DNA of 59,436 bases, the filler included, from Jimgerdemannia flammicorona (taxonomy: Eukaryota), in assembly GCA_003990765.1 (NCBI GenBank). It is 2 parts of 2 records of this genome, joined end to end, with 100 filler letters (N's around TTAATTAATTAA, not from the genome) between each part and the next. Parts side by side here need not be neighbours in the genome. Positions count along the whole stretch, not along the records: positions 1 to 29,669 come from RBNJ01000478.1; positions 29,770 to 59,436 come from RBNJ01000479.1. One strand, given 5' to 3'. The notes below the pieces were generated by a model. That model did no database searches and had not been told where the DNA came from. It saw nothing but the letters and a program-made list of their open reading frames with translations. Both the position numbers and the translations under genes were made by a program. Of this stretch, positions 25,621-39,262 are shown one piece after another. Every line of letters starts with the position of its first letter. The stretch's first letter is position 1.

Positions 25621-28600
25621 TACTATATAGTGATCACTGAGTCCTTCAAATATGTCAGATTCTCTTCAAGATATATCTCTTAGACTAACCACAAGTTTGT
25701 TATAAGTAAGTTCTTATTGAAGTGTCTTCTCAAGGTCTTATAGTCCTCAAACTTCTTATCTTTAAACTGTCTTATTATCTCTTAGATTGTTTGTGTAGAA
25801 TTGAGTATAAGTAAACTGGAACTGACTTTATTTCAAAGGAAATAAGAGAGGTATTTATACAAAATATAATTCAATAGTTGCTAAGTTATAAAGCTAAATA
25901 TAAATTTCAATAACCAAATAAAATACTAGAACACAGAAAACTATAGTTGTAAATATAAGTTCAAGTATCTGTATAAATGATTGTATAAGTTCAGGATGCC
26001 AGTAGAATTTTGGTGGTACAGAAAAAGGATACCAGAAGAATTTCTGAGTTATACCAGATCAGAATATCAGAAGAATAACAGTTACAGAGAAAAAGAATGC
26101 TGGTAGAATTCAGTATTATCAAGAACTTAGAGCAGAATGTTCAGGACCATAGGGGCTTCACCTTCATTACTATCATCAAGGCCAGAGGTTGGAGATAGGA
26201 TGTCTTCAAAGAAGATAAGGTTTATGAACATTTTGTCTATTTCACATATATCATATGTTTTGCATACTTTATGCATATCATATAGGATAACATCATCACT
26301 AATAATATGTATCATTACATTCAGTAGTAGGGGCTCTCCAATTTATGACATTTTCTTCTACAAAATAAGAAACAAATGTAGATTTGTGGAGAGATCTAAC
26401 CTGGATACTGGGGCCTTAGAATACTGATATCAATTCTTGCATGAATTGATTTGGATTGTCCTGGAGGATGGAATACCAGAAGTTCTCTACTTTATTACTA
26501 TTGAGAGTGATAGTAGACTGAGCCTCTGTGGCCACCATAGCCTCCAGTATATTGGTACAGTGAGCTGACAGTTCTTTGAAGTCTGAGATCCTAGTATACT
26601 CCAAGTTGGAGATCAATCATAGTGCATGCTAGAAGACCTGATGAATCTTCTTTACTGTCTTTATTTCATATATATCTATGGGAGTAGTATCTTAAATCTC
26701 CTGGAGACTGGCCTGAGGGAATTTCCAGCAGAGAAGGTTTTCTATTTCATACTTCTGCCACATTCAGAGATATTCAGTAGCAATGGTGATCCTTGTTTCC
26801 ATTTTATAATAGTAGAGAATATAATGATAAAAGTTACCAGTACTCAGGTTGAGGCTAGGAGTTCTTCTTGTGTGAGTTCCCATGGCTCTCCTGATGTCTT
26901 GGAATATCTTATTCTGGACTGAGGGGTCTTAGTGGTTCTTGGACCTTGAGGTTTGATGAGCAGTATGCATTTTATTTATAGTAAGTCTTTAGAACTATTT
27001 CTGTGAGCTTTGTTTGGATTGCTACTACTGCAGTTTCTTGATTCTTCTTTTATATTCCTCAAGATATCTGTCTTGTAGTCACAATGACTCATAGTTGGTT
27101 ATCATTGTTCATCTTGTAGCCCAGATGAGTTATACCATATAATCTTCTTATGCTTTGATCTGGTGGCTTGTAAGGAAAGACTGTCTTCTGTACTGATGTC
27201 ATCATTCTGAGGTCACTATTACATCTTCCTCCTGAATAAGGATCTTCTCTTGAATATCCTTATTCATTGGTCCAGTTTTGAAAAATTTGTTAATCTCATA
27301 ATCTCTGGCAGAGAGTTGAAAAGTAGTGTTTATGGGCTGATATCTTCCTTATATATTTTGGCATGATGGTGAAGGGTTGTTCCCTTTATATAGAGTAAGA
27401 ACCTGATTCTGATCTTGATTAATCAGTTGACAGTTCAAACTTCTCTGGCTTCAAAAGTCTCATAGATGAGTAGTTGCTGATACTATATCTCTTAGAGAAT
27501 AGTCCAGACAGATTGCCTACTGATTATGAGATATACTGTTATGATTCATGGACTAGAACCTCATGGGTAGTCATTATATTTTGCTTCTCTTGTATAGATT
27601 CATGGTACTTCTTGAGTCTATTCTTATGTACCATAGTAGGTAGTATAGTTCCTGAAGATTTTCTAAGCCAGAAGGTAGTTCCTTTAATATCTTATACATA
27701 GAAGAGTCTTTCCCATTTGGGCTCCAGTTTTTGTAATCATGAGGCTTCTACCATATTTTGATATAGTAGGACCTTTTCTCTGATTTGAATGGGTTCTAGG
27801 GTCTTGTAATTCTTTTTTGCATTCTTTCTTATTAGTGCTTATGACTTGATGATATAATCTTCAGCCTTCTTTTTGATTTGATATAGTCTCTGGATTTCTG
27901 AGTCAATCTATCTCTATGTTAGATCTAGATTTGTTGCTGAGGTTTCATTGGAATTTTCTTCTCTGAAGAGCAGTTCTCTTGGGATAAAGTGTATACTCTA
28001 TGACCATATATCTCATAGGATAGAGAGAATAGTTGGGAGGTAGTTATCCCAATTGTCATATGTGTCTGAGATCTTTGCTAGGATGTTCTTGAGGGTCTTG
28101 TTGGTTCTTTCTGTCTGTCTATTTTCTTGAGAGTGGTATGCAGTAGTCTTGATATGCTGAATCTTATATTTCTGATACATTATCTCATGGAATCTATTGA
28201 CAAATTCTGTGCTGTGGTCTGTGGTGATTTGCTTTGGTACCTTGTAGTAACAGATGATTTCTTGGTATAAAAAGTCAGCTATAGAGAGAGCATTGGCTTC
28301 TTATAATGCTCCTGCTTCTATCTATTTGGTAAAGAGATCTATAATAACTATAATGTAGCAGTTTCCTGATAGTATCACTGGTAGTGGTCCAATAATATCT
28401 ATTGCAATATGATGGAAGAGGATAGGCTCAATTATTGATGGTCTGGATATCTGGTCTTGCTGATCTTATTTCTGTTTTTGGCACTTATCACACTCTTTGA
28501 CAAATTGGCACAGGTCTTCTTCCATCTTAGACCACTATATAGTTTTTCTTACTTTGTTATATATGTTGATTTCTCCTAGGTATCCTTATTCATGTACTTC

Positions 28601-29669
28601 CTTCATTACTTGATACTTCTTATATTCAGGTATTATGAGCTTTCCTCCTTTTCTAAGTATGGTATTGTATAGTTCAAATTGTTTTCAAGTCTGGTTGATA
28701 ATAATGATAGTCCAGAGTTTGAGGTAGTTGAACATCTTCCACTGCCTAAGGTAGCTGATTAATCTATAGTATAGCTTCTTATTCATATTGAATAGTCTTG
28801 ATATAGGTGTTTTGGGGTATCCTTAAAAGTGCATCAGCATTGGCATTAGTTCTTCCTGAGTAGTGCTTGATAGTACAGTCATACTCTTGTAGCCTATAGA
28901 TCTATCTGGTATATATTTCTTTGGGGTTCAGAGTGTGGAATAGCCAGGTGAGAGCAGAATGGTCTGTTTGAATAGTGAAGTGTTTTCTGGCTAGATAGTA
29001 GTGGAACTTATCTACTGCTCAAACTACTGCTAAGTATTTGAGCTTATATGACTTATAGTTCTATTCTGCTCTATGGATACCTTGGCTTGTATGGGAGATG
29101 ACATATGTATTCATATCTATCTTTCTTCTGAGCTAGAACTGCTCTAAGTCCTATAGTACTTACATCTGTCTGCAAGATGAACTCTAGGTTCTAATCTGGT
29201 CTTCTGAGAATGGGTGCTTGCATCAACCTAGTCTTGAGTTCATTGAAGATTTCTAGATATTTCTTAGTCCATTCGAATTTAGTCTCCTTCTTCAGTAGCT
29301 CATAGATAGGTACTGTAATGTTAGAGTATTCTTTGATAAATCTTCTATAGTAGGAGGTCAGTCTAAGGAAGGCATAGACTTCTGTAGTTTTTCTGGATCT
29401 TGGGTAGACTACAACAGTCTCAATTTTCATAAGGTCTGTGTGAATTCCAGTCTGGTTGATGAGGTGTCCTAGATAGGTGATTTCCTTTTCTGAGCTGCAA
29501 ACTTGTACTTCTTGGGCTTGATGTAGAGGCCATACTCCTTGAGTTTCTTGAGGGCTAGCTGTATATGGTTGACATGTTCCTGTATAGTATTGCTGAAGAT
29601 AATCACATCATCAACATAGATAAAGAGCCATTTTCCAATCTCATTGCTGAAAACTCTGTTTTTTTTTTT
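25621..29669 (-). mobile_element. Second, diverged family-A element (3' LTR 25621-27223, IN, RH, part of RT), truncated by the gap
   Basis: Colinear with 4555-8540 and has the same PPT and LTR end. RT WLFIYVDDVIIFSN lies just before the Ns. It is inserted into the RT region of element C. Confidence 0.92.
26127..26970 (-). pseudogene. LTR-embedded ORF of family A, copy 3 (diverged subfamily)
   Basis: MHTAHQTSRSKNH...LISNLEYTRISDFKEL...FWYSILQDNPNQFMQELISVF...EGEAPMVLNILL*. It stays in frame across the sites where copies 1 and 2 are shifted. Confidence 0.72.
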
Positions 29670-29769
29670 NNNNNNNNNNNNNNNNNNNNNNNNNNNNNNN
29701 NNNNNNNNNNNNNTTAATTAATTAANNNNNNNNNNNNNNNNNNNNNNNNNNNNNNNNNNNNNNNNNNNN
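29670..29769. other. Artificial assembly spacer (44 N + TTAATTAATTAA + 44 N)
   Basis: Exactly 100 bp and symmetric. The central 12-mer gives stops in all six frames. Confidence 0.95.
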
Positions 29770-30189
29770 TGGGGTAGATATTAACAAACGGTAGCACACT
29801 GACATGTTTACAATCCCACCATAACTCTGTTTCATCTGTGACATTTTGCCGCAGATCTGGTCGACGTTGATAAGGTGAGCGATAAAAAACATCGAGTCCC
29901 GTGACTCTCGCCACCCCGTTAATGTGTTGGGAAAAGTGTTTTTCCACTCTAGAGCAGCGGATAGGTTTTATGTTACATCATGAAACCATATCACTAGCCC
30001 ATCTTCGGAGTTGAGAACGTTATCCGGAAATGCATTTCGAGAATCATCGAGAAGGCGAGACCAGTTGATTTGTCAGAGCGATCGGCCTCTTGTACCCATT
30101 TCATCCACTTTCAATAATTGTTGACCCATTCATACTCCTTAAAATTGTGCTCACCATATTCTGTTACAAGGTAATAAAGCTGATAGGGA

Positions 30190-31310
30190 AAACCATTTTA
30201 AGCTAATAATCAATGATATGAAATATATTAAGATATTTAAATTTTTTTTTGATAACTTAGAATAAGATGAAGAATATATTATTCTAATTAAGTAAATTTA
30301 TCTACTTTGAATAATTTATAGATTTTATTAATTTAAATATTATTTTATAGTATTTTTACAATAAGTATATATATCTAATTCAGATATACTTTATAAAGAT
30401 ATTATAAAAAATATTTAAATTTTTATAGATAAAGTAAATATCAGATATATTCAGATTAGATATATATCTAAGTTGGGTATATTTAAAATATATATCTAGA
30501 TTAGATATATTTAAATCAAATATACTCAGATTAGATCAAATAGTAGAATACTGCTTATAATTTATATTATATATTTTTATTAAAAAAATAAAGTTTAACT
30601 TATAATTTAATCAGTTTTAATATAATTAAATTACTATATATAACTAAGAGATCTCAATAAGTATAAGAAGAACATAGACTTGATAAATTTAAAATTAGAT
30701 AAATGTATCTATTCTTTACTATTAAATAAGAAGGGCTAAAGTATTATCTAATATATATATAGTAGTAGTTCAAAATTGATAATTACTGAGATTCTGATAT
30801 TTAAATAAGTATTATATGTAACTCAATTATAAAATTCAATATTATTGATATTGATATCATTATATATAATATATATCTAATATCATTTTTTGAATATTAT
30901 AACATATAGCTAAAATAGTATAATAATAATAATAAAATATATATCTACTCTTATGATAAATATTTAGTAAATAATTATAGTAATAGAGATATAGAAGATG
31001 TTCTACTAGTATATATGTATGTTTTACTATCAAGGCTTTATTTATTGCTTTTTTATATTTGTTTGAATTTTGTACATTATTTAAATTTGAATTTGAGATT
31101 ATAGAAATCAAAACTGAAGACTTGGAGGCTGGTGCAAATATCTGAGTTCTGACGTAGATGGCTTAGATGTCATGGATGTAGATGGGAGATGTCCTTAATA
31201 CAGATGTAGAGTAAGATATCATAGATGTGAATGTCAGATAGCCTCAAATATCATGGATACTGATTATGCCAGATGAGGTGTTCAAATTTTTTTCGTGATG
31301 TGACTCGTTA
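30190..31310. mobile_element. Extremely AT-rich, CpG-poor repeat relic, probably a decayed DNA transposon
   Basis: Sharp compositional borders and short internal repeats (agattagatatat ~30440-30540; agatgtcatggat ~31140-31270). No diagnostic domain found. Confidence 0.45.
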
Positions 31311-31449
31311 TCTATGATACATTGATATGCATTTGATCATATTATAATAGGGGGGGGGGAAGAGGATATTTACGTATATACGCGGAAATATGATCGCGAT
31401 GATAAATTGAGAAATGTCTAATACGGGTTACGTCCACGACCACAAACCA

Positions 31450-32523
31450 TCACTTGAACGGTTTCATGCCGAACGCGTAATGTACCTTCGTCCACGACCG
31501 TCTTACTCTGAATTGCGGCTCCAGCCCGTCCACCAGCTTATCGTACTCCGTGTCGCTGATGCCCATGATGGGCGCCAGGTTCGACCTCAGGGAGCCGTAG
31601 CCCAGCTCCAAGACTTTCATGCACAGCTGCCCGACCCGGCCACCCCACCCGAACGGGCACGACACGTAGTCAGCCTCCACGTCTGTCAGGCCCACGGAGG
31701 TTAGGAGGTTGGCCATCGTTTTGACCAGGCTGATGTCCAGGCCTTTCATCTCGGTTAAAGTAGCGACTGGTGGGTTGGTGAGGGTAGGATAGAAAGTTTT
31801 GTCAGGTTCGTGAATGGGGCATGGGAAAGGGATTGTGCAAGAATAATTGGGAGCCAAAACATACAAGGCGTACCTGCACTACGCAACCGCGTATAATCCG
31901 GCGGTGGGTTCTCCAGATCCAGATCAAGCTCAAAGCACTCGACCCACCCACCTGGTTTCGTGACTCTCGCAGCCTCCACCATCGCGGCCGTCCATTCCGG
32001 TGGGTGAAAGTGGAGCATCATGTTACGTTGGTACACGAAACCGAACGTGTCGTCATTGAAGGGCAGGCCCTTGAGGATGTTGGCCACGGTAAAGGTGACG
32101 TTGGGCGGCACGTCATTGGTTGAGAAAATGGTGCGGATATCGATGCCAATGTAGGATGAGTCCGGATAATCTGTTGCCATCTCCAACAGCCAGCGGCCTG
32201 ATCCCGTTCCAACATCAAGAACCTGGATACCCTCGGTGAGCATATCTTCAACAGGAGAGCTAAAGTTGCCGTGAATGAGGTTTCTGTTGTGGGGGGCGTT
32301 TCAGATTGTCATTTAGCGCGACAACGAAATTTTCCCAGGCGAGTTTCGCGATGGAGACGATAAGACATTTGAGCCCGTACCTTACAACAAAGTGTTGGTA
32401 GTCCTGTCGGCCTACCTCATCTTCGTCGCTTGGAAATCCGTACCAGGGTTGAGTTAAATCCTCCTCAACAGTGCAATCTCTCCAACCGGAGGGCACTCCA
32501 TAACCTTCGTGATCGGTAGGCAT
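31450..32523 (-). CDS. Class I SAM-dependent methyltransferase (fungal LaeA-like/Methyltransf_25-type), ~289 aa; exons 32523-32381, 32283-31874, 31766-31450
   Basis: YGFPSDEDEVGRQDYQH, GNFSSP, motif I VLDVGTGSGRW, GIDI, GLPFNDDTFGFVYQR, RVTKPGGWVECFE. Two GT-AG introns give an 870-nt in-frame CDS. Confidence 0.9.
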
Positions 32524-35500
32524 GGCTGGTTACGGCACGTACAGGAGTGAAATAGGCAGGGACAAAAGAAGAGAGAGAGTACATTTTCATCCACTTAAAG
32601 TTTTTTCGAAGTCCCAAAAAGGTTCTCATGCGGAGTTGCGGATGGTCACGTGGCTGATTGCGACAGTGCACCCAATTTCAAGCAGCGTGACCAGAAATCG
32701 AGTCATTGTCCGCCACACATGGCGTACAATATTAGGCGCGGAGTTGTATGTACATAGCAAAGGGTGAGAATTGTTTTTTTTTTTTTTTCTCTCTTGTTCC
32801 GGTGGTGGGAAAGGTAATTCAAATAGAGAAATTTACCAATCGTTGCCGCATTTTGCGACACAGGATGACACTCTACAGCGTAGTTGGTGATTTGCATATA
32901 TACAAGCCCTACGATTCTTGGAATGGCCGATGCAAACAAATAACTCTGGCCGCGTGATCGGTGAGTGTAAGATGTGCATTTTGCGTATAGGCAGGAATGT
33001 GAGCTGAAGGGAGGGGAAGAATGGTTCGAACGACTGGAAATCTCGTAAGGCTACAAGTATGGGTAAATAACTGCGCTCAGTCAGCATATGATCCTAATTT
33101 CGGTGTCGGCTTCCAAATAGTAAAGGCTCAAGCACGCCAATTTATTGTGGGTATGTCGATCCCTCCCATGACATTTATTTCAAAAGAAACCCGGACTTCG
33201 GACGGTGTCTCGACGGTGAAATCAGTTTTGGACCTCCGCCCTTCCGCGGAGCTTTGACTCCATCAACCTCGCGTGTTACGGCCAAAAAACCAAGGCCTGT
33301 CCCAGGTATCCTCTTAATTGAAGCGCACGGGTTGTCAAGAACGCGGAGGCTCCGACCGCATGCGATCGGAATCACGTTCGCATGGTGAAAAGAATGACGA
33401 GAATCACCCCAAGCATATGATAGTAGGCAACGTGGGGTTGATCGAGGGGAGCGTGGGTAACGTGGGTATGGGAAAGGAACAAGATAAGCCATTTCGTGAG
33501 CCCCGAGCTGATCGTGGGTGACCGTAAACATTTCTGTCTGTTCACGTCCCACACACGGCCAAGCTGGCCCAAGACTGATGTTTGGGGGATTTGATTAATG
33601 TATTGGGTAGATGTAATTCTTCGGACTGAGAGTTTATCTATAATGTAGGTCGCTCTCTATAGTATATAAAATATCCGCAAGAAGCTCCGAAAACTCCGAA
33701 CTACACTAGACTACGCTCAAAAGATCCTTCGGGCTCGAAGAACCTCATTTCATGGCATCAAAGGGTCGTTTCGGTTCCGGTAGCATGAGGTTGGCGGGAT
33801 TTTTTCACCGTGTCCAATGAGGGACCAAAAATAAAGCGGCAGTATCTTTGTTTACGGCGGTGGTGTGCATGCAACGTAAGTGTTGACGACGATAACATTG
33901 TTCATGTTGCAAAATTCGCCAACAGCAAGAAACAGGATGACGGAGCCGCCTCTCTCGGCTCACTCATGCACGAAAACTGACGAACTATAGTTGCCACCGG
34001 TGATAGTACGACGAGGGTGTAATGTTCGTCATTCTTTTGCGATAGATACTCATTGACAGATTTCGAAACCAGCGAGTCGGACGGATATTCTGTCACGCTC
34101 CGATTTGTCCCTACCCCATTCTCTCGGATCTTATTGTTGTATGGTCCATGTGCATCTACATCGTGCTCGTTTTGAATTTTGTGTGTGATGTCCAACCCAA
34201 TAATCGGCAGTTGCTCGACCGTATTCGTATTTATCGTGCATTCGATCAGGGCGATTACAATATTGAGCACCCGTGTACTTCTTAGAATAATATTGCGTCT
34301 TATTTACTGCTGCCTTGTACGCAGAAATAAGAAAGGATAGAAAAAAAAAAAAAAAAAAATTATCCGTGGTACTAAATACATCAAGTGGTATGGCTACATC
34401 GTCAGCATGCTCGCATTCGGATTCTAGTATATCGTTCCACCGCGCCTTGGCCCTTACCTTAGGCCTTGGTGGGCTTACGAAGTTGACGATATCGTTCTTT
34501 ACATCGTTTGCAGTGTACACCTCATTTGGCCACCGAGGCAGCTGGGGCGGCCGTGGCGGTTGTTTCTGGCGGGAGAGAGTTGAAAAGAGCGGAATGCACA
34601 ACTGCGAGGTGTTTTACTCCTGTATTTGTTCTTAGTAAAGAAAAATTAAAATTAAAAGCAACTGTGGTGTTTCCTCAAATTCAGTCTATGAGTGTGTTGG
34701 ATGGCCACCTAGAGAGATATGATGATAATGATAAGCGGTTTGTCAAATCATAGTCTTTTCCCCACTCACTTGAACATATAAATTAAATGACAAAGAGGCG
34801 CGCAACAGACATCTCGACGTCAGTGGGTACAATGACATCTTCGGTGTCTGGCCTGTAGAATTCAACCGAGCCCGTGTGACGACAGAATTGCCGTTCATCA
34901 ACTCCCGATGATGCGGTTATGTAATTCCTTGACGCAGTTGCTATGGGACTTTTGTCGCCGTCGTCGCAAGCGATCGTGTCGAGCCGTAAAGCTCGACATT
35001 GATTGTGCGATGGGAATTGCTTGCTGCCGATTCCTTTCCGTACGCGAGGCTGCAGCAACTCCGTCGTGACATGCTGGGTGACACGTTTGGTCATGATGTG
35101 CGGGGTGACGCGTCTGACACCCATATTGAAATGTCAAATACCGACATCTGTCTCACGTATCTTGGTCCGCTGTGCGGTTCTGCGATCGGCCGAACGAGCA
35201 AGCGAACCGCCACAAAAGTCATCCATCACATAGTGTGCCCAAGATTGGAACAATTGCCAAAGGGAGCCTGGTGGTTATGCTCACTGTCACTCTACGTACG
35301 CCACGCTCGGCCCCATCTAACGCCCTGGCACACCTTAAATCAAGCGGGTGACTCCGATGGCAGGGCGATCGGCCAAGAATGTCGATGAAGCGTGTGGGGA
35401 GGGTGGGTGGGGTGTGTAGGTTTTGTAATCCATCAGAACGTGTGCGACCGTGTAGGATTTCTGTGGGGTGCCGCCATTGGGTGCAGAAGGGGTGGGCCAT

Positions 35501-35584
35501 TACCTAAGGGGAGCGATGAGGTTAACGAATTTCTAATGATGAGCTTGATATGGACTGTATATATGTAACTGGTTGGTAGGTTGG

Positions 35585-35674
35585 GAGACGTATTTGTATT
35601 GAGAGACGTATTTGTATTGAGAGACGTATTTGTATTGAAAGACTGAGAGACGTATTTGTATTGAGAGACGTATT
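35585..35674. repeat. 18-bp minisatellite (gagacgtatttgtattga) x~5 upstream of ALDH
   Basis: Directly visible tandem units with one short interruption. Confidence 0.9.
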
Positions 35675-36088
35675 GGGGATTAGCAGGTTTTCTCACGGTC
35701 CCTGTCGCTGGGATACATTACGTTACCTCGACCTCCCGACGGAGAAAAAAAAAAAATACCTTAACCACATTCTTCACTCGCCCAACTTTTTCACATGGAC
35801 TTATTCTAGATTCAGTTGCAGAGAAGCACGTGACCGATCCGCCAATTTCCTCCTTTTTTTACCGATCGCCATATGAGGCGGACTAGTGCTTTTCCTTCGA
35901 TGTTCCCAGGCCATGGGACACAACTGGGGCAACAGGTGTCGGACATTTCTCACGGCGTCGAGCGCTTGCATGAAATAGGTAGGGCAGTCACAACCTTCGT
36001 CGTATAAAGACCGTCTTGGCCTTCCCTCTCTCTCATCTTGCATTTCAACAGCGTATCAAGAACTCATCCCTTTATCCAGCCATCCATC

Positions 36089-37774
36089 ATGTCTCCCACT
36101 ATCCAGCACTTCACCACCACCAAGGGCGTCAAGATCACCCGTATGTATAGCGTTTCTTATCTCTGTATCCCGTCACTAAGGAGACGTGGCCAACGATCCG
36201 GTTCCTATATTCTCCCCATCACCAGTGAACACTGGTTTGTTCATCAACAACGAGTTCGTTGCCGCCAAGGATGGCAAGACTCTCGATACTGTGAACCCTT
36301 CCAACGGTAAAGTCATCGCCAAGGTTTCCGAGGCTGGCCCCGAAGATGTGGATCTCGCTGTTCACGCTGCTGAGAAGGTATACAGTACTGGAATTTTGTG
36401 ATGAATCTCGTTACGAAAAAAAAAAAAAAAAAAACCGGTCCAGGACGTGACTGTCGTTCTCACGGCGCCCTTACATAGGCTTACAACGACGTCTGGTCCA
36501 AGACATCCGGCAAGACCCGCAGCCGCCTCATGCACAAGCTTGCCGACATCCTCGAGTCGCACGCTGAGGAGCTCGCGCAGATCGAAACACTGGACAACGG
36601 CAAGGGGATTTCATTCTCTCGCGGATTTGACGTTGCCGAGCTGATCCAGTGCTTCCGCTACTATGCCGGATGGGCCGACAAGATCCACGGCAAGGTGATC
36701 GACACGGAGGGCGCCTTCTCCTTCACGCGCCACGAGCCCATTGGCGTCTGCGGCGCCATCATTCCCTGGAACTTCCCGCTTCTCATGCTCGCCTGGAAAA
36801 TTGCCCCGGCTCTGGCCACAGGCAACACCGTCGTCCTCAAGACCTCGGAGCTGACCCCGCTCTCGGGCCTCAAGTTTGCCTCCCTCGTCGCCGAGGCCGG
36901 CTTCCCCCCGGGTGTCATCAACATTATCACGGGTTACGGCCCGCGCGCGGGCGATGCCCTCGCACGGCACAGTAAGGTGGGCAAGATCGCCTTCACGGGG
37001 TCGACGAACGTCGGGCGGTTGGTGATGAAGGCAGCGGCAGAGAGCAACCTGAAGAAGGTGACGCTTGAGCTAGGTGGCAAGTCGCCCAACATCATCTTTG
37101 ACGACGCCGACCTGGACGAGGCAGTCAAGTGGGCGCACCATGGGATCTTCTTCAACCACGGTCAGACGTGCTGCGCCGGATCGCGCGTGTACGTACAAGA
37201 GGGCGTGTATGACGAGTTCCTCAAGAGGTTCAGCAAGATCTCCCGCGACACCAAGATTGGCGATCCCTTCGACGAGGGGAACTTCCAAGGCCCACAGGTC
37301 TCTGAAACGCAGTACAACCGCATCATGTCATACATCGAACACGGGATCAAGGAGGGTGCCAAGGTGGCCACGGGCGGCAAGCGTCACGGGACTGAGGGGT
37401 ACTTCATTGAGCCGACCGTGTTCACGGACGTGAAAGAGGACATGAAGATCATGCAGGAGGAAATCTTCGGCCCCGTCGTGGCCGTAGCCAAGTTCAAGAC
37501 TCTCGAAGAGGTGATTGAGAAGGCCCATTTGACCGAGTACGGCCTCGCCGCTGCCGTCTTCACCCAAAACGTCACCAAGGCCCTCGAGGTTTCTGCCTTG
37601 CTCAAGGCCGGTACTGTTTGGGTCAACTGCGTCAACCAGCTCGATTACAACACCCCCTTCGGCGGATACCGCCAGTCCGGTTTCGGCCGCGAGAACGGCA
37701 AGTACGCCCTCGATAACTACACCCAGATCAAGACCGTCAAGGTCAACTTGACTCGCTCGACTCGCTCGACTTAA
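36089..37774 (+). CDS. NAD(P)+-dependent aldehyde dehydrogenase (ALDH1/2-like), 499 aa; exons 36089-36140, 36226-36377, 36479-37774
   Basis: TGLFINNEF, IIPWNFP, AFTGST, catalytic Glu in TLELGGKSP, catalytic Cys in FFNHGQTCCAGS, EEIFGPV, PFGGYRQSGFGRE. The spliced CDS is 1500 nt in frame, with a TATA-like motif near 36003. Confidence 0.97.
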
Positions 37775-39262
37775 TTAGAGTAGCCGTGTCTGTCGCTGCA
37801 TGTTCCACAAGTATTGTATTTTAGTCTATTGCATACATATGTATATACATTGTTTGTTGCTTTGTAAGTAGCACGTGTCGATTGGTGAAATAAACAAACC
37901 AATTTTTCGTTGAACGAATGTTCCGGGTCATTTTCTATGGACCGTTCTCCGCTATTTCTATAAGCTTTCTGACGTCAGCAAAACCGGGAACCGAGTTTTC
38001 GAAGGGCATAATCAGTGACACATTCCGTTTCGGAATGCGTCTGGTTAAACCAAGTAACTGGGCCGATAATCCGCCCAAAACGACGCCATTCCAAGCTAGT
38101 TGATGCTGTCGATCACAAAGGTAGGGACCCTTATAATATTTTTGCAGGGTTGTGTTGGGCCATTCCAAGCAGCCAAAAATGTGTGGGTTTAAATTGTATT
38201 ATGCATCCTTACGTCTGTTAGTTTATATTTTTTTTTTTTTTTTTTGTTTTTTTGTTTGTTTGTTTGTTCGGAGCGGCAGGGAATTCTGGTTCGCATAACA
38301 TGCTTCGAACAGGGCATACAGACTACCAAGAGTGTCTAGAAAGAGGAAAACATCATGGAAAAAACACTTGCCCAAATTCGGATACTCATACACGAGTGCT
38401 TTTATACATACGAGCAGGGTTGGGCGCCTTTCTATTGTCCCGTTAATTTCTAACCCGGTTGGGAATAGAGTTAATAATTTCGTGTTGGATAGCGAAATTG
38501 AATAGCGTACACGCCACTTCCCTCCGAGTTAGGCGGTGCGACGCGGCGGAGCCTTCGAAACGGTTATTTTGTTGCGCCGGCTTCTCACGGAAGGATAATC
38601 CGTTAACTAGTCTCTGGTACCAGAGAGCCGAGAATACTGAAGTTAATTCATTGCACACCCCCCTAGTCAAGAGAACCCCACAGAAAGCCGTGCATTTCTG
38701 ACCACGAATAGGAGGATTGCAGCTTGGTGAGTCAGCAGTCCTCGTCCGAATGTCCGCCTGTCCTGACGCGTCAAAACACATCCCGGTCTTGCGCCTCGCC
38801 AAAACTAACAAGAAGGCAATCCTCGGCCGCCACCTTCGCAATCGGAGAAAGGGATAAAACTCTGTGGCTCCTAACCCAATCAATCAACATCCTAAATTTG
38901 CGTTGCTGACAGGTGACTTGAAGCTAGCTAGCTCCGATGGCCGAATGGCCCCGCGCAACAAAACAAGAAGTTTCCCGCAAAGGGTCCAGTGGGATTTGGC
39001 CGACGGTGGCGTCGGGTAGGTGTGATATGTATACATGTGTACGTCTGTGCGCGCGCGGCAAGTCCGCTCGACGAAAGTTTGTCATTGGCAGACCCTGAAC
39101 TATTTAGTGGTGCCCAAATATATACGTTCAAGGATGCCGAGATTGCCCGCGTCGACCGTGTGACGTCAAGCGTTAATATGTATAAAAACCGTCTCCGTTC
39201 GTCCGAGAATCCCCAAACTTCGCACTTTGTCAAAAGGAATCAACCCGTACGCAACCTAGGCC

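Noticed and set aside
29714..30180. ORF crossing the N run and nearby minus-strand coding-like fragments
   Set aside because: The stop is supplied by the artificial linker. The flanking fragments have in-frame stops and no recognisable domain; a truncated gene cannot be excluded.
33902..35137. Overlapping minus-strand ORFs between the methyltransferase and ALDH
   Set aside because: No consistent spliced model or recognisable domain could be built. It may hide a small gene but is unsupported.
36611..37635. Many alternate-frame and antisense ORFs over ALDH
   Set aside because: By-product of high GC3 codon bias in the real gene.
37751..37771. 9-bp duplication giving the ALDH C-terminus TRSTRST
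   Set aside because: Simple slippage at the non-conserved terminus; no evidence of function.
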